Shown here: in pieces, positions 31,841-40,979 of the stretch
Layout: every line of letters starts with the position of its first letter
How positions within the stretch are numbered: position 1 is the first letter of the stretch
Source: Chloroflexi bacterium RBG_13_51_36
GTDB lineage: Bacteria > Chloroflexota > Dehalococcoidia > GIF9 > AB-539-J10
Assembly (NCBI GenBank): GCA_001796515.1
Contig: MGMS01000010.1
Coordinates: forward strand, 18,209 to 82,208
Length of the DNA: 64,000 nt
Direction: 5' to 3'
The notes under the pieces: generated by a model
What the model saw: the letters and a program-made list of their open reading frames with translations, nothing else
What the model was told of the DNA's origin: nothing
Databases searched by the model: none
Program-made: the position numbers and the translations under genes

Positions 31841-32083
31841 ATGAGGACGCGTGTTCAGAAATGGGGTAACAGCCTCGCTTTGCGCATTCCGAAATCTTTC
31901 GCTGACGAAGTGGGGCTCCGGAAAGAAACATCCGTCGAACTATCGCTGGCAGACGGGAAAATCGTGGTCGCGCGGCTGACTAAGCCGGAGCTGACCCTCG
32001 AACAGCTTCTATCAAAGGTCACCAAAGACAACTTGCATCACGAGGTTGATACCGGTTCCGCCGTGGGGAACGAGACGTGGTAG
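31841..32083 (+). CDS. mazE: MazE/PemI-like antitoxin (AbrB/SpoVT fold), copy 1
   Basis: MRTRVQKWGNSLALRIPKSFADEVGL swapped-hairpin motif. 4-nt overlap with mazF. Confidence 0.85.
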   Translation: MRTRVQKWGNSLALRIPKSFADEVGLRKETSVELSLADGKIVVARLTKPELTLEQLLSKVTKDNLHHEVDTGSAVGNETW

Positions 32084-32424
32084 ACCGCCGTGCCTACGTG
32101 CCTCGTTGCGGAGATGTGGTGTGGATTAGCTTAAATCCGCAAGCAGGTCACGAACAGGCCGGGCGCCGGCCGGCCGTAGTGCTGTCGCCGCAAAGCTATA
32201 ACAGCAAGGTAGGACTGGCCATCCTTTGCCCGATAACCGGCCAGCCCAAAGGCTACCCTTTCGAGGTTCTTCTTCCCGCGGGCTTGCCGGTGGCAGGAGC
32301 GATATTATCTGACCAGGTTAAAAGTCTGGATTGGCGAGCCCGACGTGCCGAATTGATATGCGCTTTGCCGGCCGGGACGATATCGGAGGCGCTCCAGAAG
32401 CTGGGAACGTTGTTGTCGGAATAA
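32077..32424 (+). CDS. mazF: MazF/PemK-family endoribonuclease toxin, copy 1
   Basis: PRCGDVVWISLNPQAGHEQAGRRPAVVLS fits the PemK/MazF family. Confidence 0.85.
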   Translation: MVDRRAYVPRCGDVVWISLNPQAGHEQAGRRPAVVLSPQSYNSKVGLAILCPITGQPKGYPFEVLLPAGLPVAGAILSDQVKSLDWRARRAELICALPAGTISEALQKLGTLLSE

Positions 32425-32896
32425 GAGAACGTGCCTTGCCTGTCGGTATTTCCAACAGGAGCACGAGCCTCCCGGGTCATTGCGAGCCATTCCCTACCTC
32501 AGTGACATTGCGAGGCCTTTCTCCCCCTCTTAAGATAAGAGGGGTCAGGGGAGTTATGAAGGAAGCCCCTTCCCTTTGTCATTGCGAGCACTTTCTCTCC
32601 CCACTGTCATTGCGAGGAGCCCCGATTAATCGGGGCGACGCGGCAATCTCGTTAGCTAAATTCTGACTCCTGAACTCTGACCACCGCCTGCTATCTGCTG
32701 CCGCTTTTGTCATTTGGATTTTGAGCTTGATTTGGCATTTGGGCTTTGTCATTTGCCATTACGGGTTCCCCTCTTAAGATCAGAGGGGCAAGGGGAGTTA
32801 TGAAGACGAGACGGTACGCTGGCCACTGTCAATGGGCTTGACAAGCGCCTGGGGAAGGAGTATCTTCATTGTAGATACTGTGAATGGAGGTTCGAT

Positions 32897-33139
32897 ATGA
32901 GGACGCGTGTTCAGAAATGGGGTAACAGCCTCGCTTTGCGCATTCCGAAATCTTTCGCTGACGAAGTGGGGCTCCGGAAAGAAACATCCGTCGAACTATC
33001 GCTGGCAGACGGGAAAATCGTGGTCGCGCGGCTGACTAAGCCGGAGCTGACCCTCGAACAGCTTCTATCAAAGGTCACCAAAGACAACTTGCATCACGAG
33101 GTTGATACCGGTTCCGCCGTGGGGAACGAGACGTGGTAG
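32897..33139 (+). CDS. mazE: MazE-like antitoxin, copy 2 (identical)
   Basis: Translation identical to 31841-32083. Confidence 0.85.
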   Translation: MRTRVQKWGNSLALRIPKSFADEVGLRKETSVELSLADGKIVVARLTKPELTLEQLLSKVTKDNLHHEVDTGSAVGNETW

Positions 33140-33480
33140 ACCGCCGTGCCTACGTGCCTCGTTGCGGAGATGTGGTGTGGATTAGCTTAAATCCGCAAGC
33201 AGGTCACGAACAGGCCGGGCGCCGGCCGGCCGTAGTGCTGTCGCCGCAAAGCTATAACAGCAAGGTAGGACTGGCCATCCTTTGCCCGATAACCGGCCAG
33301 CCCAAAGGCTACCCTTTCGAGGTTCTTCTTCCCGCGGGCTTGCCGGTGGCAGGAGCGATATTATCTGACCAGGTTAAAAGTCTGGATTGGCGAGCCCGAC
33401 GTGCCGAATTGATATGCGCTTTGCCGGCCGGGACGATATCGGAGGCGCTCCAGAAGCTGGGAACGTTGTTGTCGGAATAA
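33133..33480 (+). CDS. mazF: MazF-family toxin, copy 2 (identical)
   Basis: Translation identical to 32077-32424. Confidence 0.85.
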   Translation: MVDRRAYVPRCGDVVWISLNPQAGHEQAGRRPAVVLSPQSYNSKVGLAILCPITGQPKGYPFEVLLPAGLPVAGAILSDQVKSLDWRARRAELICALPAGTISEALQKLGTLLSE

Positions 33481-34007
33481 GAGAACGTGCCTTGCCTGTC
33501 GGTATTTCCAACAGGAGCACGAGCCTCCCGGGTCATTGCGAGCCATTCCCTACCTCAGTGACATTGCGAGGCCTTTCTCCCCCTCTTAAGATAAGAGGGG
33601 TCAGGGGAGTTATGAAGGAAGCCCCTTCCCTTTGTCATTGCGAGCACTTTCTCTCCCCACTGTCATTGCGAGGAGCCCCGATTAATCGGGGCGACGCGGC
33701 AATCTCGTTAGCTAAATTCTGACTCCTGAACTCTGACCACCGCCTGCTATCTGCTGCCGCTTTTGTCATTTGGATTTTGAGCTTGATTTGGCATTTGGGC
33801 TTTGTCATTTGCCATTACGGCTTCCCCTCTTAAGGCATGTCCTGAGCGAAGTCGAAGGATCAGAGGGGTCAGGGGAGTTATGAAGGAAGCCCCAATCTGT
33901 CGAGGCGAGGGGCCTCAGACACTGCGGAGCCGGTTCCGAGCCCAGGTAAGAACACTGCGTCCGCCCGGACTTCCCGGCTGGATGCCCGGGCTTGAGCTGC
34001 GCCCGTC

Positions 34008-35210
34008 TTACTGGACCATGAATCCTTTGGCATGTCTTCGGGCGGCCGGGTCCCTGGCCTTTAGCATCAACAGGCCCACTACAAAACAGAGGAGCGCCGG
34101 TGCCAGGAAGGGCATGAACGTTACCGCCAAATGCCCTGTATAGTCGGCTATATAAGTCACAGTTATGGGACCGAGCACCAGTCCGATATCTCCCATGACA
34201 CGGTAGATTCCCATGGATGTGCCCAGCTTGCCTTTAGGCGCCACATCGGCAGGCCAGGCAGCGATGGAGCCTTGTAGGCCGGTGGCCAGACCGTAGAAAG
34301 CCATGATGCCCGTAAGGCCGGCCAGGCTTCCCTGCGACGGAATCAGCAGCACGGCAATACCGCTCAGGAACAGGCAGGCCATTATAGGTTTCTTTCTCCC
34401 CACCTTATCCGAGAGCCAGCCGGAGGGGAAACTGCATACAGAGGTAACGATGGCCGCCACCGTCAGCACTATTCCGATCCTCTCCTCGGACAGGCCCAGG
34501 TTGAGGGAGGCATACAGTGGAACAAGCGTTGAACGTACGCCGGACCTCAGGAAAAACAGCGCCAGGACCGAGCAGTTCACCAGCATAAATGGGCCGTTCG
34601 ATATGACGCTGATGATGTCTTGTATGCGCATTTTCGGCCCTGTTGCCTGTGCCGAGTCCGCCGGCTCCTTCAAGCGCAATGTGGCGATTAGGCCGATAAA
34701 GGCGAATATAGCGTATGCAAAAAAGGGTGCGTTCAGGCCGAAATGAGCAGCGGTATAGCCGCCGATAGTGGGCCCGAAAGCAGTGCCCGCGAATATAAGC
34801 CCCGTATACAGCGACATATACCGGCCCCGGGACTCGCCGGCGGTCACCTGCGCCACCCAGGTTGTTGCCGAGGTTATGTAGAGGGCGGAACCTAATCCTT
34901 CCACAACACGTGCGAAAATCAGCCAGGCGTAATCTTCGGCTGTGCCGGCTGCGATTGACGACACGATTATCAACACCAACCCGAGTATCATGTTTCTTTT
35001 CCTGCCGAAACGGTCTGCCAGGAAGCCCGCCGGTATGTCCATCACCAAACGCGCCAGGGCAAACGCCGATACCGCCCATCCTACAAGCGCTACGGGAATC
35101 GAGAATGAAAGTGCATACTGGGGAAGGACAGGTGAAATGATGCTGATACCCAGTATAACGAAGCCGGAAACCAGTGAGAGGTTCAGGATTTCAAAGAGCC
35201 GCTGCTTCAT
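34008..35210 (-). CDS. MFS transporter
   Basis: 400 aa, 12 TM segments, GRKRN loop motif. Confidence 0.8.
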   Translation of the reverse strand: MKQRLFEILNLSLVSGFVILGISIISPVLPQYALSFSIPVALVGWAVSAFALARLVMDIPAGFLADRFGRKRNMILGLVLIIVSSIAAGTAEDYAWLIFARVVEGLGSALYITSATTWVAQVTAGESRGRYMSLYTGLIFAGTAFGPTIGGYTAAHFGLNAPFFAYAIFAFIGLIATLRLKEPADSAQATGPKMRIQDIISVISNGPFMLVNCSVLALFFLRSGVRSTLVPLYASLNLGLSEERIGIVLTVAAIVTSVCSFPSGWLSDKVGRKKPIMACLFLSGIAVLLIPSQGSLAGLTGIMAFYGLATGLQGSIAAWPADVAPKGKLGTSMGIYRVMGDIGLVLGPITVTYIADYTGHLAVTFMPFLAPALLCFVVGLLMLKARDPAARRHAKGFMVQ

Positions 35211-35387
35211 TTACAGAAAACCCATTATGTGCATGCCTCATACAGTTGTCAACAATCATTCTGCAGGGTGTGCCATATGAGCCCAGAAAGAGAAAGGCGG
35301 GGAAATATCTCAGCATATACTGGCCTTCATAAAGAAGAACGCCTGTTGTCCGGTACTCCAGCTATTCTGCTTGTTTTGCTGGTATTC

Positions 35388-35530
35388 TTAACAGGAGCAC
35401 TAACCTCTCGTGTCATTGCGAGTCCCGGCTTGTCGGGGCGTGGCAATCTCATTAGCGCTGACTACTGACTCCTGACCCCTGACTGCTAGTCCCTAATCCC
35501 TAATCCCTAGTCCCTGACCCCTGCTCTTGC
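35388..35530. repeat. TTAACAGGAGCA...TGTCATTGCGAG-hairpin-GGCAATCTC module followed by a CT-rich CTGACCCCTGA tract
   Basis: Same module architecture as at 28853-28945 and 32455-32650. Confidence 0.6.
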
Positions 35531-35677
35531 CCGGAGCACCTGCTTGAAGCCCGAGGACATCGCACCTGCCTAGAGCCGAATCCTTGAAGAGCTACATAAA
35601 GGTTTAGTTCTTGTTGGTCACTACTGGTGGGTGTATAATCGAAGTACCACAAGAGTTGATTTCGGAGCAGCGATATT

Positions 35678-36865
35678 ATGCGAGTGCGGATAACCAATCA
35701 ACCAGCAGCAGAGCGAGATGAATGGCTCGGCTATAATCTCCGCTCTCTGCTTGAATCTAACAGAGAAAATGGGTTCGTTGTCTTTCGGTTTATGGTTGCC
35801 TTTGTTAGAACGAGTGGCTTGGTCCGAATAGCTGGTGCAATGGATTCATTTAGAGGAAATGGCGGACGGGTTGAGGCTGTGTTAGGTCTCGACAGCAGGG
35901 GTACTTCAAAGCAAGCTTTGCGCATGCTTCACGGATTAGCTCATGAAGTCTATGTATATCATGACACATCTCCAAACAGAACATTCCATCCTAAGTTATA
36001 CCTACTAGCAAATCCGGGAAACAATGCCATAGTGCTTATAGGATCCTCAAATCTGACTGCCGGTGGATTGTTCACTAATTACGAGATTACGGCGCAAATG
36101 GACCTTGATCTGGCTAATCCGGATGATTCTTATCTTTACAGGAGTATTGATCAGATATTCACTTTCTATAAAGACGCTTCCACAGGGTGTTCCTTGCGGT
36201 TATCTGAAGAGCTTATGAATCGATTGGAGAACGAAGAGCCAAGCCTTCTATTAGATGAAGAAACAGCTCTTGATGAGTCAGAGCTGACGGATGCAGGGGT
36301 TGTTGCTGAGGGACCTGGCCGTTACACAGCAGGGGGCTTGTTCAGTACACGTCGCTTTGCGCCGGCGCCCCAGCCAGATTTGCGTGCACCAAGGCACGGC
36401 AGAAGAGTTGCTGGGAGGCCAAGAGTCATCCGGAGAGGATTTTGGAAAGTACTGTCAAACTTCGATGTCAATCCTGGTAGTGCTCCGGGGCAGATAATAG
36501 TACCGATACGATTCGCACACTACTTCCCGCCAGTTACAATGACACACGGGCCAGACGCGGGCGGAAGAGGCAGGCAATGGGAGTGCTCTCTAAGTGTTTT
36601 GCTTAGTGGTCCGAGCGGAAATATTGTCGCTGATGATGCGAGGTTCATTATCTACGAGCCACATACGGGACACCCTCGCCCAAATACTGAATCCAGATTT
36701 ACTTTTCATAACAGTGCTATATTCAGCCTATTGTCCACCGGAGACATGCTGATTTTTCAGCGCCAGACGTCTCAGCATTGGTTCCGAGTTACCCTCGCTA
36801 GTCCGGGCAGTCGTCAGTATCAATTTCATAGGGGACGGACCAACCTGAGATTCGGTGAAATATAA
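35678..36865 (+). CDS. BfiI-like type IIS restriction endonuclease: PLD-family nuclease domain plus C-terminal B3-like DNA-binding domain
   Basis: The nuclease motif FHPKLY...(17)...GSSNLT places Glu 11 residues after the Asn, as in the BfiI active site. The C-terminal FWKVLSNFDVNPGSAPGQIIVPIRFAHYFP matches the B3 pseudobarrel motif K.L..SDV....L.IP..FA..YFP. The gene is low in GC. Confidence 0.6.
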   Translation: MRVRITNQPAAERDEWLGYNLRSLLESNRENGFVVFRFMVAFVRTSGLVRIAGAMDSFRGNGGRVEAVLGLDSRGTSKQALRMLHGLAHEVYVYHDTSPNRTFHPKLYLLANPGNNAIVLIGSSNLTAGGLFTNYEITAQMDLDLANPDDSYLYRSIDQIFTFYKDASTGCSLRLSEELMNRLENEEPSLLLDEETALDESELTDAGVVAEGPGRYTAGGLFSTRRFAPAPQPDLRAPRHGRRVAGRPRVIRRGFWKVLSNFDVNPGSAPGQIIVPIRFAHYFPPVTMTHGPDAGGRGRQWECSLSVLLSGPSGNIVADDARFIIYEPHTGHPRPNTESRFTFHNSAIFSLLSTGDMLIFQRQTSQHWFRVTLASPGSRQYQFHRGRTNLRFGEI

Positions 36866-36924
36866 CAACCAGCCTGCATTAGTACGAATTCTCTTCAGGA
36901 ATACGGATACGGGGCCAAGTCGAC

Positions 36925-38127
36925 CTAATTGGAGTACACCAAGACATAAGAGTGTTTAGGCACCGTCTTGTATCCTTTTATAAACGATGCTGTATACTTT
37001 CGTTGATCATATTGGTAACTGTCAAGTCTAGCAAATCCCGTTTTCCTGCATAATTCATCATAGACCGCCTTCATGGGAACCAATTCACCTTTGTATACCG
37101 AATCACCGATTACGATAGCCAGTATGCTCGAGGGCTTCAGAATTCGCTTAATGCTTTGTAGGCAAGAATTCATTAGATTTCGATAACTGTTCGGGTCTTC
37201 CGATTTATCGCAATGACGGTTACGTGAACCTATCTCGGCGCTTTGTACGATCTTGTGGTCGTAGCCTAGACAGAACATCCTTAGCTTGTGATAAAGATAG
37301 TAATCATAAGAATTCATATATGGCGGTGATGTAACGATGATATCGGCCACCGAATTCGGTACGCAGGCCAGAGAAGTCGCATCACACCGCATAATAGTTG
37401 CTGAGGAGCTAGCCAGTCGGCTGAATTCCAGAGAACGCGGAATCATATCGGTCAGCTTCTGGGCATATGCTCTCAACGCAAAGCCTGGTGGATGATTCTT
37501 ATCAACAGCCACCCAGCGTGTATCACTTTCCTGGCGGGATACCTTTACTATCACGGCCGAAAAGGCTGTGAGCGCAAGAGTACGCGATTGTGGCGATACT
37601 AACTGTTCAATGGCTTTTCTGACATATCCCAGTTCAAGGAGAACTTCGTTATCAAACCAATGGTCTCTGTTCTTGAAATTTGGAATAGAATCTGCCAAGT
37701 TTGAGTGCACGACATCTGAAATATTTAGCAGCCCCTCATTAACATCTAACAGCAGCTGGTTTAGCTCGTCAACGTGAGAACTTTCAAGTTTTGTGGTTTT
37801 CGCTTCACTTACCAGACAGGCAATAGGGTTCAGATCAGTACCAATTGACGGTCTCCCTTGAAGGCAAGCTTCGACAAGAGTTGTACCGCTACCACAGAAC
37901 GGGTCGACTACTAGTTGCCCAGGCATTGTGTATTTTTCAATTAGTGCCCGAGGGATGTGTGGTATAAACTTTGCAGGGTACGGGTGAAAATTGTGCGTGA
38001 GGTAATTCTTATCCCGCACCTTATCTAGGTCTATCCCCAGACCTCTTAGCCCTGGTTCTAAGAAGTCGTCAGTCTTCAACTGAAAATCGAGTTGCCTTGC
38101 TGTACTAAGTTGCGTTTGCCCTCTCAT
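36925..38127 (-). CDS. DNA methyltransferase (N4-cytosine or N6-adenine), SPPY type
   Basis: FHPYPAKF, then VVDPFCGSGTT (motif I), then IVTSPPYMNSYDY (motif IV). 400 aa. Confidence 0.85.
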   Translation of the reverse strand: MRGQTQLSTARQLDFQLKTDDFLEPGLRGLGIDLDKVRDKNYLTHNFHPYPAKFIPHIPRALIEKYTMPGQLVVDPFCGSGTTLVEACLQGRPSIGTDLNPIACLVSEAKTTKLESSHVDELNQLLLDVNEGLLNISDVVHSNLADSIPNFKNRDHWFDNEVLLELGYVRKAIEQLVSPQSRTLALTAFSAVIVKVSRQESDTRWVAVDKNHPPGFALRAYAQKLTDMIPRSLEFSRLASSSATIMRCDATSLACVPNSVADIIVTSPPYMNSYDYYLYHKLRMFCLGYDHKIVQSAEIGSRNRHCDKSEDPNSYRNLMNSCLQSIKRILKPSSILAIVIGDSVYKGELVPMKAVYDELCRKTGFARLDSYQYDQRKYTASFIKGYKTVPKHSYVLVYSN

Positions 38128-39070
38128 CTTTCTTGAAGGTCAGCAGATATGAGTGTCCTATATTCAAATAGAAATTTCGCGAAGGGTAACCCAGGCATAC
38201 TAGGGGGCGAAACCGAGTTTGATCATAAATCCTTATATCCCACAATACAAAACCTGCTGATTCTGCACATTCAATGATGTCACCATGGAAGTTGACATAC
38301 ACAATTCCTTCCTTCAGGTTCCGAAAATCCTTTACTACCCAAACTGCATATGAAGAGTCACGTAGAACACGGTAAGACGAAGCGAAAACTTCTTTGATGG
38401 AGCACAGACAGTTTTCATAGCTCATGTTGCTTAAATCTTCGCCTTTTGAAGAATAGGGCTGAGGATTTGCTACCGGATTGATGCTGGAGTGTTCTCTCCA
38501 TTTATACGCGAAGCTTCCCGAGATATTCTTCAGCAAGTTAGAATACGGAGGACTGGTTAGAATAAAGTCAACACTGCATGGAGCAACATGCAATTCCATA
38601 TTTCTCGCATCATCAATGATAACACGCACTTGATCTGAAGTGCATCCAGACGCTATTAGGTCTTTCTGAGCTATATTTGCGAATTCATCGTTTAATTCAA
38701 TACCAATTCCCCTCCTACCTAGCTGATAAGCCGCATCCAGAGTTGTACCTACGCCGACAAAAGGATCGAGTACTAGCTCTCCCTTCTTAGTGAATATTGA
38801 TATTTGTTGTAGCGCGAGCGATTCGGGAAAACAAGCTCCGTGTCGTCTCTGCTTGTCGGATCTATTATCTGGATAACTTTCGACACTCTTACTTGCTTTC
38901 GCCCATTCTGCCCCAGTTAGTTCGTTCAGTTCCCTGGGCCTTTTATCCTGTCCCTTGCCGAAGCATGCTTGGCACAGCGTTCGGGCTAGACGCTGAGTGC
39001 CTATTGGTGCTTCGGTGAGTCTACCACACGATTGGCACACGAATTTTGTCCTCCACCTAGTAACCATCAA
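38105..39070 (-). CDS. Second DNA methyltransferase, SPPY type, with N-terminal Cys4 zinc ribbon
   Basis: CQSCG...CQAC, then LVLDPFVGVGTT, then ILTSPPYSNLL. 321 aa. Confidence 0.85.
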   Translation of the reverse strand: MMVTRWRTKFVCQSCGRLTEAPIGTQRLARTLCQACFGKGQDKRPRELNELTGAEWAKASKSVESYPDNRSDKQRRHGACFPESLALQQISIFTKKGELVLDPFVGVGTTLDAAYQLGRRGIGIELNDEFANIAQKDLIASGCTSDQVRVIIDDARNMELHVAPCSVDFILTSPPYSNLLKNISGSFAYKWREHSSINPVANPQPYSSKGEDLSNMSYENCLCSIKEVFASSYRVLRDSSYAVWVVKDFRNLKEGIVYVNFHGDIIECAESAGFVLWDIRIYDQTRFRPLVCLGYPSRNFYLNIGHSYLLTFKKDERANAT

Positions 39071-39136
39071 ATCCCTCAGATCCTAGTATCTATTTGCATT
39101 CCAGCTTTAACCACCGAACATGTTAATTTGCCTTGG

Positions 39137-39340
39137 TCATAACAATAGCAGTTGCTCTCGCTCCAATATATCTTTTAAGACACCATTCAGTTTTTCCATT
39201 GCCAGTGGTGATGGTCGAGTCTTCCCCAGTTCCCATCTTTGGACGGTGTTAAGACAAACACCTAAGGATCTAGCCAACTGCTCCTGTGTCCACCCTTTGC
39301 GGTCCCGGCAGTGCTTGATCTTGGCTGCTAATTGATCCAC
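39137..39340 (-). CDS. XRE-family HTH regulator, possible controller (C) protein of the R-M system
   Basis: RKGWTQEQLARSLGVCLNTVQRWELGK helix-turn-helix. 67 aa, immediately upstream of the methyltransferase pair. Confidence 0.7.
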   Translation of the reverse strand: MDQLAAKIKHCRDRKGWTQEQLARSLGVCLNTVQRWELGKTRPSPLAMEKLNGVLKDILEREQLLLL

Positions 39341-39653
39341 GTTGATTATTCTATAGCATATGTTGCAGAAGATGTCAAGAGATTACCTTCTTAGGAGTGA
39401 AACCCTAGGGATGCTGTATCGATTAGGCCTGCTACGAATCAGGCGCTTTGTCTCCAGCATAGCGCTCTGACCGACCCCAGCATCACCTCTCGACGGAAGC
39501 TCAGTTCTTGCAACGGTTCATAGTGACAAAATACACACATCCCTGGGTCCAGTGCAATCTCGTAACACTGGAAACAGAATTCAGAACAATACTCAATTGG
39601 ACTACCAGTACTATTCTCCTATTGTCACGAATTTCAACACTGCATAGAATGAT

Positions 39654-40205
39654 TTGTTATCTCGAAATCGGGAGTTTAGGTTGAGCGTACTTGCAAGAGT
39701 TGTCAAGGCGGCTTGGGCAGAACTGAACAAGCCCAAAACATATGTCACAGGCGATGAATTCGAGCACTACGTCCGTGGATACTTGTTCACCAAGGAAGGA
39801 TATGACCTAGTGCATCAAACCCATGATTATGAAACCAACAGAGATGACTTCGTTGAAACCTCGAAGGAGCCGGACTTCAGATTCAGGTCAAGAAGAAGTG
39901 GCCGAGAATTTCTAGTCGAGGCGAAATACAGATCACGGCTTTATCAGGAGGCTGTCGAATGGTGCAAACCATATCAGCTAAATAGATACATGGCGATCGA
40001 TAAGGATATGCCGGTGCTTGTTGCCATCGGCTCAGGCGGACGTCCAAATTCGCCTGAGCATGTCTACATAGTGCCGGTAAGGCATATTAAGTACAGAAGG
40101 CTGTTTCCATCTTCCCTAAGGCATTACGAAGTGCCGACCAACCGATGTGTGAACGCAGACAGGATTTTATTGTCACTGCAAGGCTTGGGTGGGGAATCCC
40201 GCTGA
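39654..40205 (+). CDS. PD-(D/E)xK / NERD-like nuclease-fold protein
   Basis: DFRFRSRRSGREFLVEAKYRS fits the D...E-x-K motif pattern. 183 aa. The stop codon directly abuts repeat copy 1. Confidence 0.45.
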   Translation: MLSRNREFRLSVLARVVKAAWAELNKPKTYVTGDEFEHYVRGYLFTKEGYDLVHQTHDYETNRDDFVETSKEPDFRFRSRRSGREFLVEAKYRSRLYQEAVEWCKPYQLNRYMAIDKDMPVLVAIGSGGRPNSPEHVYIVPVRHIKYRRLFPSSLRHYEVPTNRCVNADRILLSLQGLGGESR

Positions 40206-40266
40206 ATTCCAGGGACGCCATACCAATCAGGCCTGCCACAAATCCGGTATTATGTCCCCAAAATAC
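40204..40266 (+). repeat. 63-bp TIR element, copy 1
   Basis: GAATTCCAGGGACGCCATACCAATCAGGCCTGCCACAAATCCGGTATTATGTCCCCAAAATAC. Confidence 0.85.
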
Positions 40267-40278
40267 TACTCGAAGTAA

Positions 40279-40370
40279 TGCTTCATTCACTCATTTTGGG
40301 GTGACTCTTCAGGTTTGCGATTATTTGAACAACAAATAGTCCGAGCATGATGAGCCCCCTCTCTAGTCCC
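40279..40370 (-). pseudogene. 3-prime remnant of a paralog of the membrane-protein gene at 42221-42661
   Basis: The reverse strand translates to ...LIMLGLFVVQIIANLKSHPKMSE*, nearly identical to the C-terminus of the 146 aa protein (LIMLGLFIVQIIANLKSHPKMSG). There is no upstream ORF body. Confidence 0.55.
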
Positions 40371-40445
40371 TGGTCTCCAGTCTCTAGTCCCTAGTCTCCA
40401 GTCTCTAGTCTCTAGTCTCTAGTCCCCAGCCCCTAGCCTCCGTTG
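40370..40445. repeat. CT-rich CTCTAGTCC/CTAGTCTC tract
   Basis: CTCTAGTCCCTGGTCTCCAGTCTCTAGTCCCTAGTCTCC... Confidence 0.7.
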
Positions 40446-40471
40446 ACAGTGTTCGTCGGCGTGGACTACAA

Positions 40472-40753
40472 TTGGTGCAGAGGACAGTCATGTTGACAGA
40501 ATACATCGAGGCGGCCATGAGGAAAGCTACGTATGAAAAGCTTGAAGATGGCACTTACTGTGGGAAGATTCCTGAGTGCCCTGGAACAATCGCCTTCAGC
40601 GAAACCCTTTATGAATGCCAAATCGAGCTGAGATCGGTTCTTGAAGGCTGGCTGCTGGTCAAGATAAGGCACGGTGATCACTTGCCCGTCATAGACGGAC
40701 TCGACCTGAACAAGGGCATACCAGCGCTTGAGGGAACCGTCGCCCATGGCTAA
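40472..40753 (+). CDS. hicB: HicB-family antitoxin
   Basis: YCGKIPECPGTIAFSETLYECQIELRSVLEGWL fits HicB. Its stop overlaps the hicA ATG (ATGGCTAA). Confidence 0.75.
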   Translation: MVQRTVMLTEYIEAAMRKATYEKLEDGTYCGKIPECPGTIAFSETLYECQIELRSVLEGWLLVKIRHGDHLPVIDGLDLNKGIPALEGTVAHG

Positions 40754-40979
40754 ATGGGCGCCGTGCAAACGCAGGGTTTTCATAAGGAAATTAGCCGGAT
40801 TGGGTTTTAGCCCACCTGAACCAGGTGGGCGTCATTTTTGTATGCGTTACGGGACACATACGCTGGCCATCCCCAGCAATGCGGAATATTCTGTGCCCCA
40901 ACTCAAGGCACTTCTAAAGGAAGTGGAGCACATGATCGTAAGGAAGATTTCCTTGCAGGAATGGCAGTCGCTTGATTGA
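40746..40979 (+). CDS. hicA: HicA-family toxin
   Basis: KRRVFIRKLAGLGF...GGRHFCMRYGTHTLAIPSN matches the HicA/YcfA pattern. Confidence 0.7.
   Translation: MAKWAPCKRRVFIRKLAGLGFSPPEPGGRHFCMRYGTHTLAIPSNAEYSVPQLKALLKEVEHMIVRKISLQEWQSLD

Larger units (their letters stand above)
31596..33836. repeat. Perfect tandem duplication: 1056-bp units at 31596-32651 and 32652-33707, plus 129 bp of a third copy
   Basis: All five ORFs in each unit have identical translations in the ORF track. The unit offset is exactly 1056 bp (31841 versus 32897). Confidence 0.85.

Noticed and set aside
33802-34143. 113 aa ORF spanning the truncated third duplication copy and the MFS 3-prime end.
   Set aside because: It starts inside repeat sequence and overlaps the MFS stop region. 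Chance ORF.
34303-35280. ORFs 34303-34746, 34405-35079, 34862-35140 and 34942-35280 overlapping the second MFS gene.
   Set aside because: Alternative frames of the MFS gene. No independent support.
40087-40290. 67 aa ORF antisense to element copy 1 and the adjacent repeat.
   Set aside because: Composed entirely of repeat sequence. The same repeat elsewhere is non-coding or in another frame.
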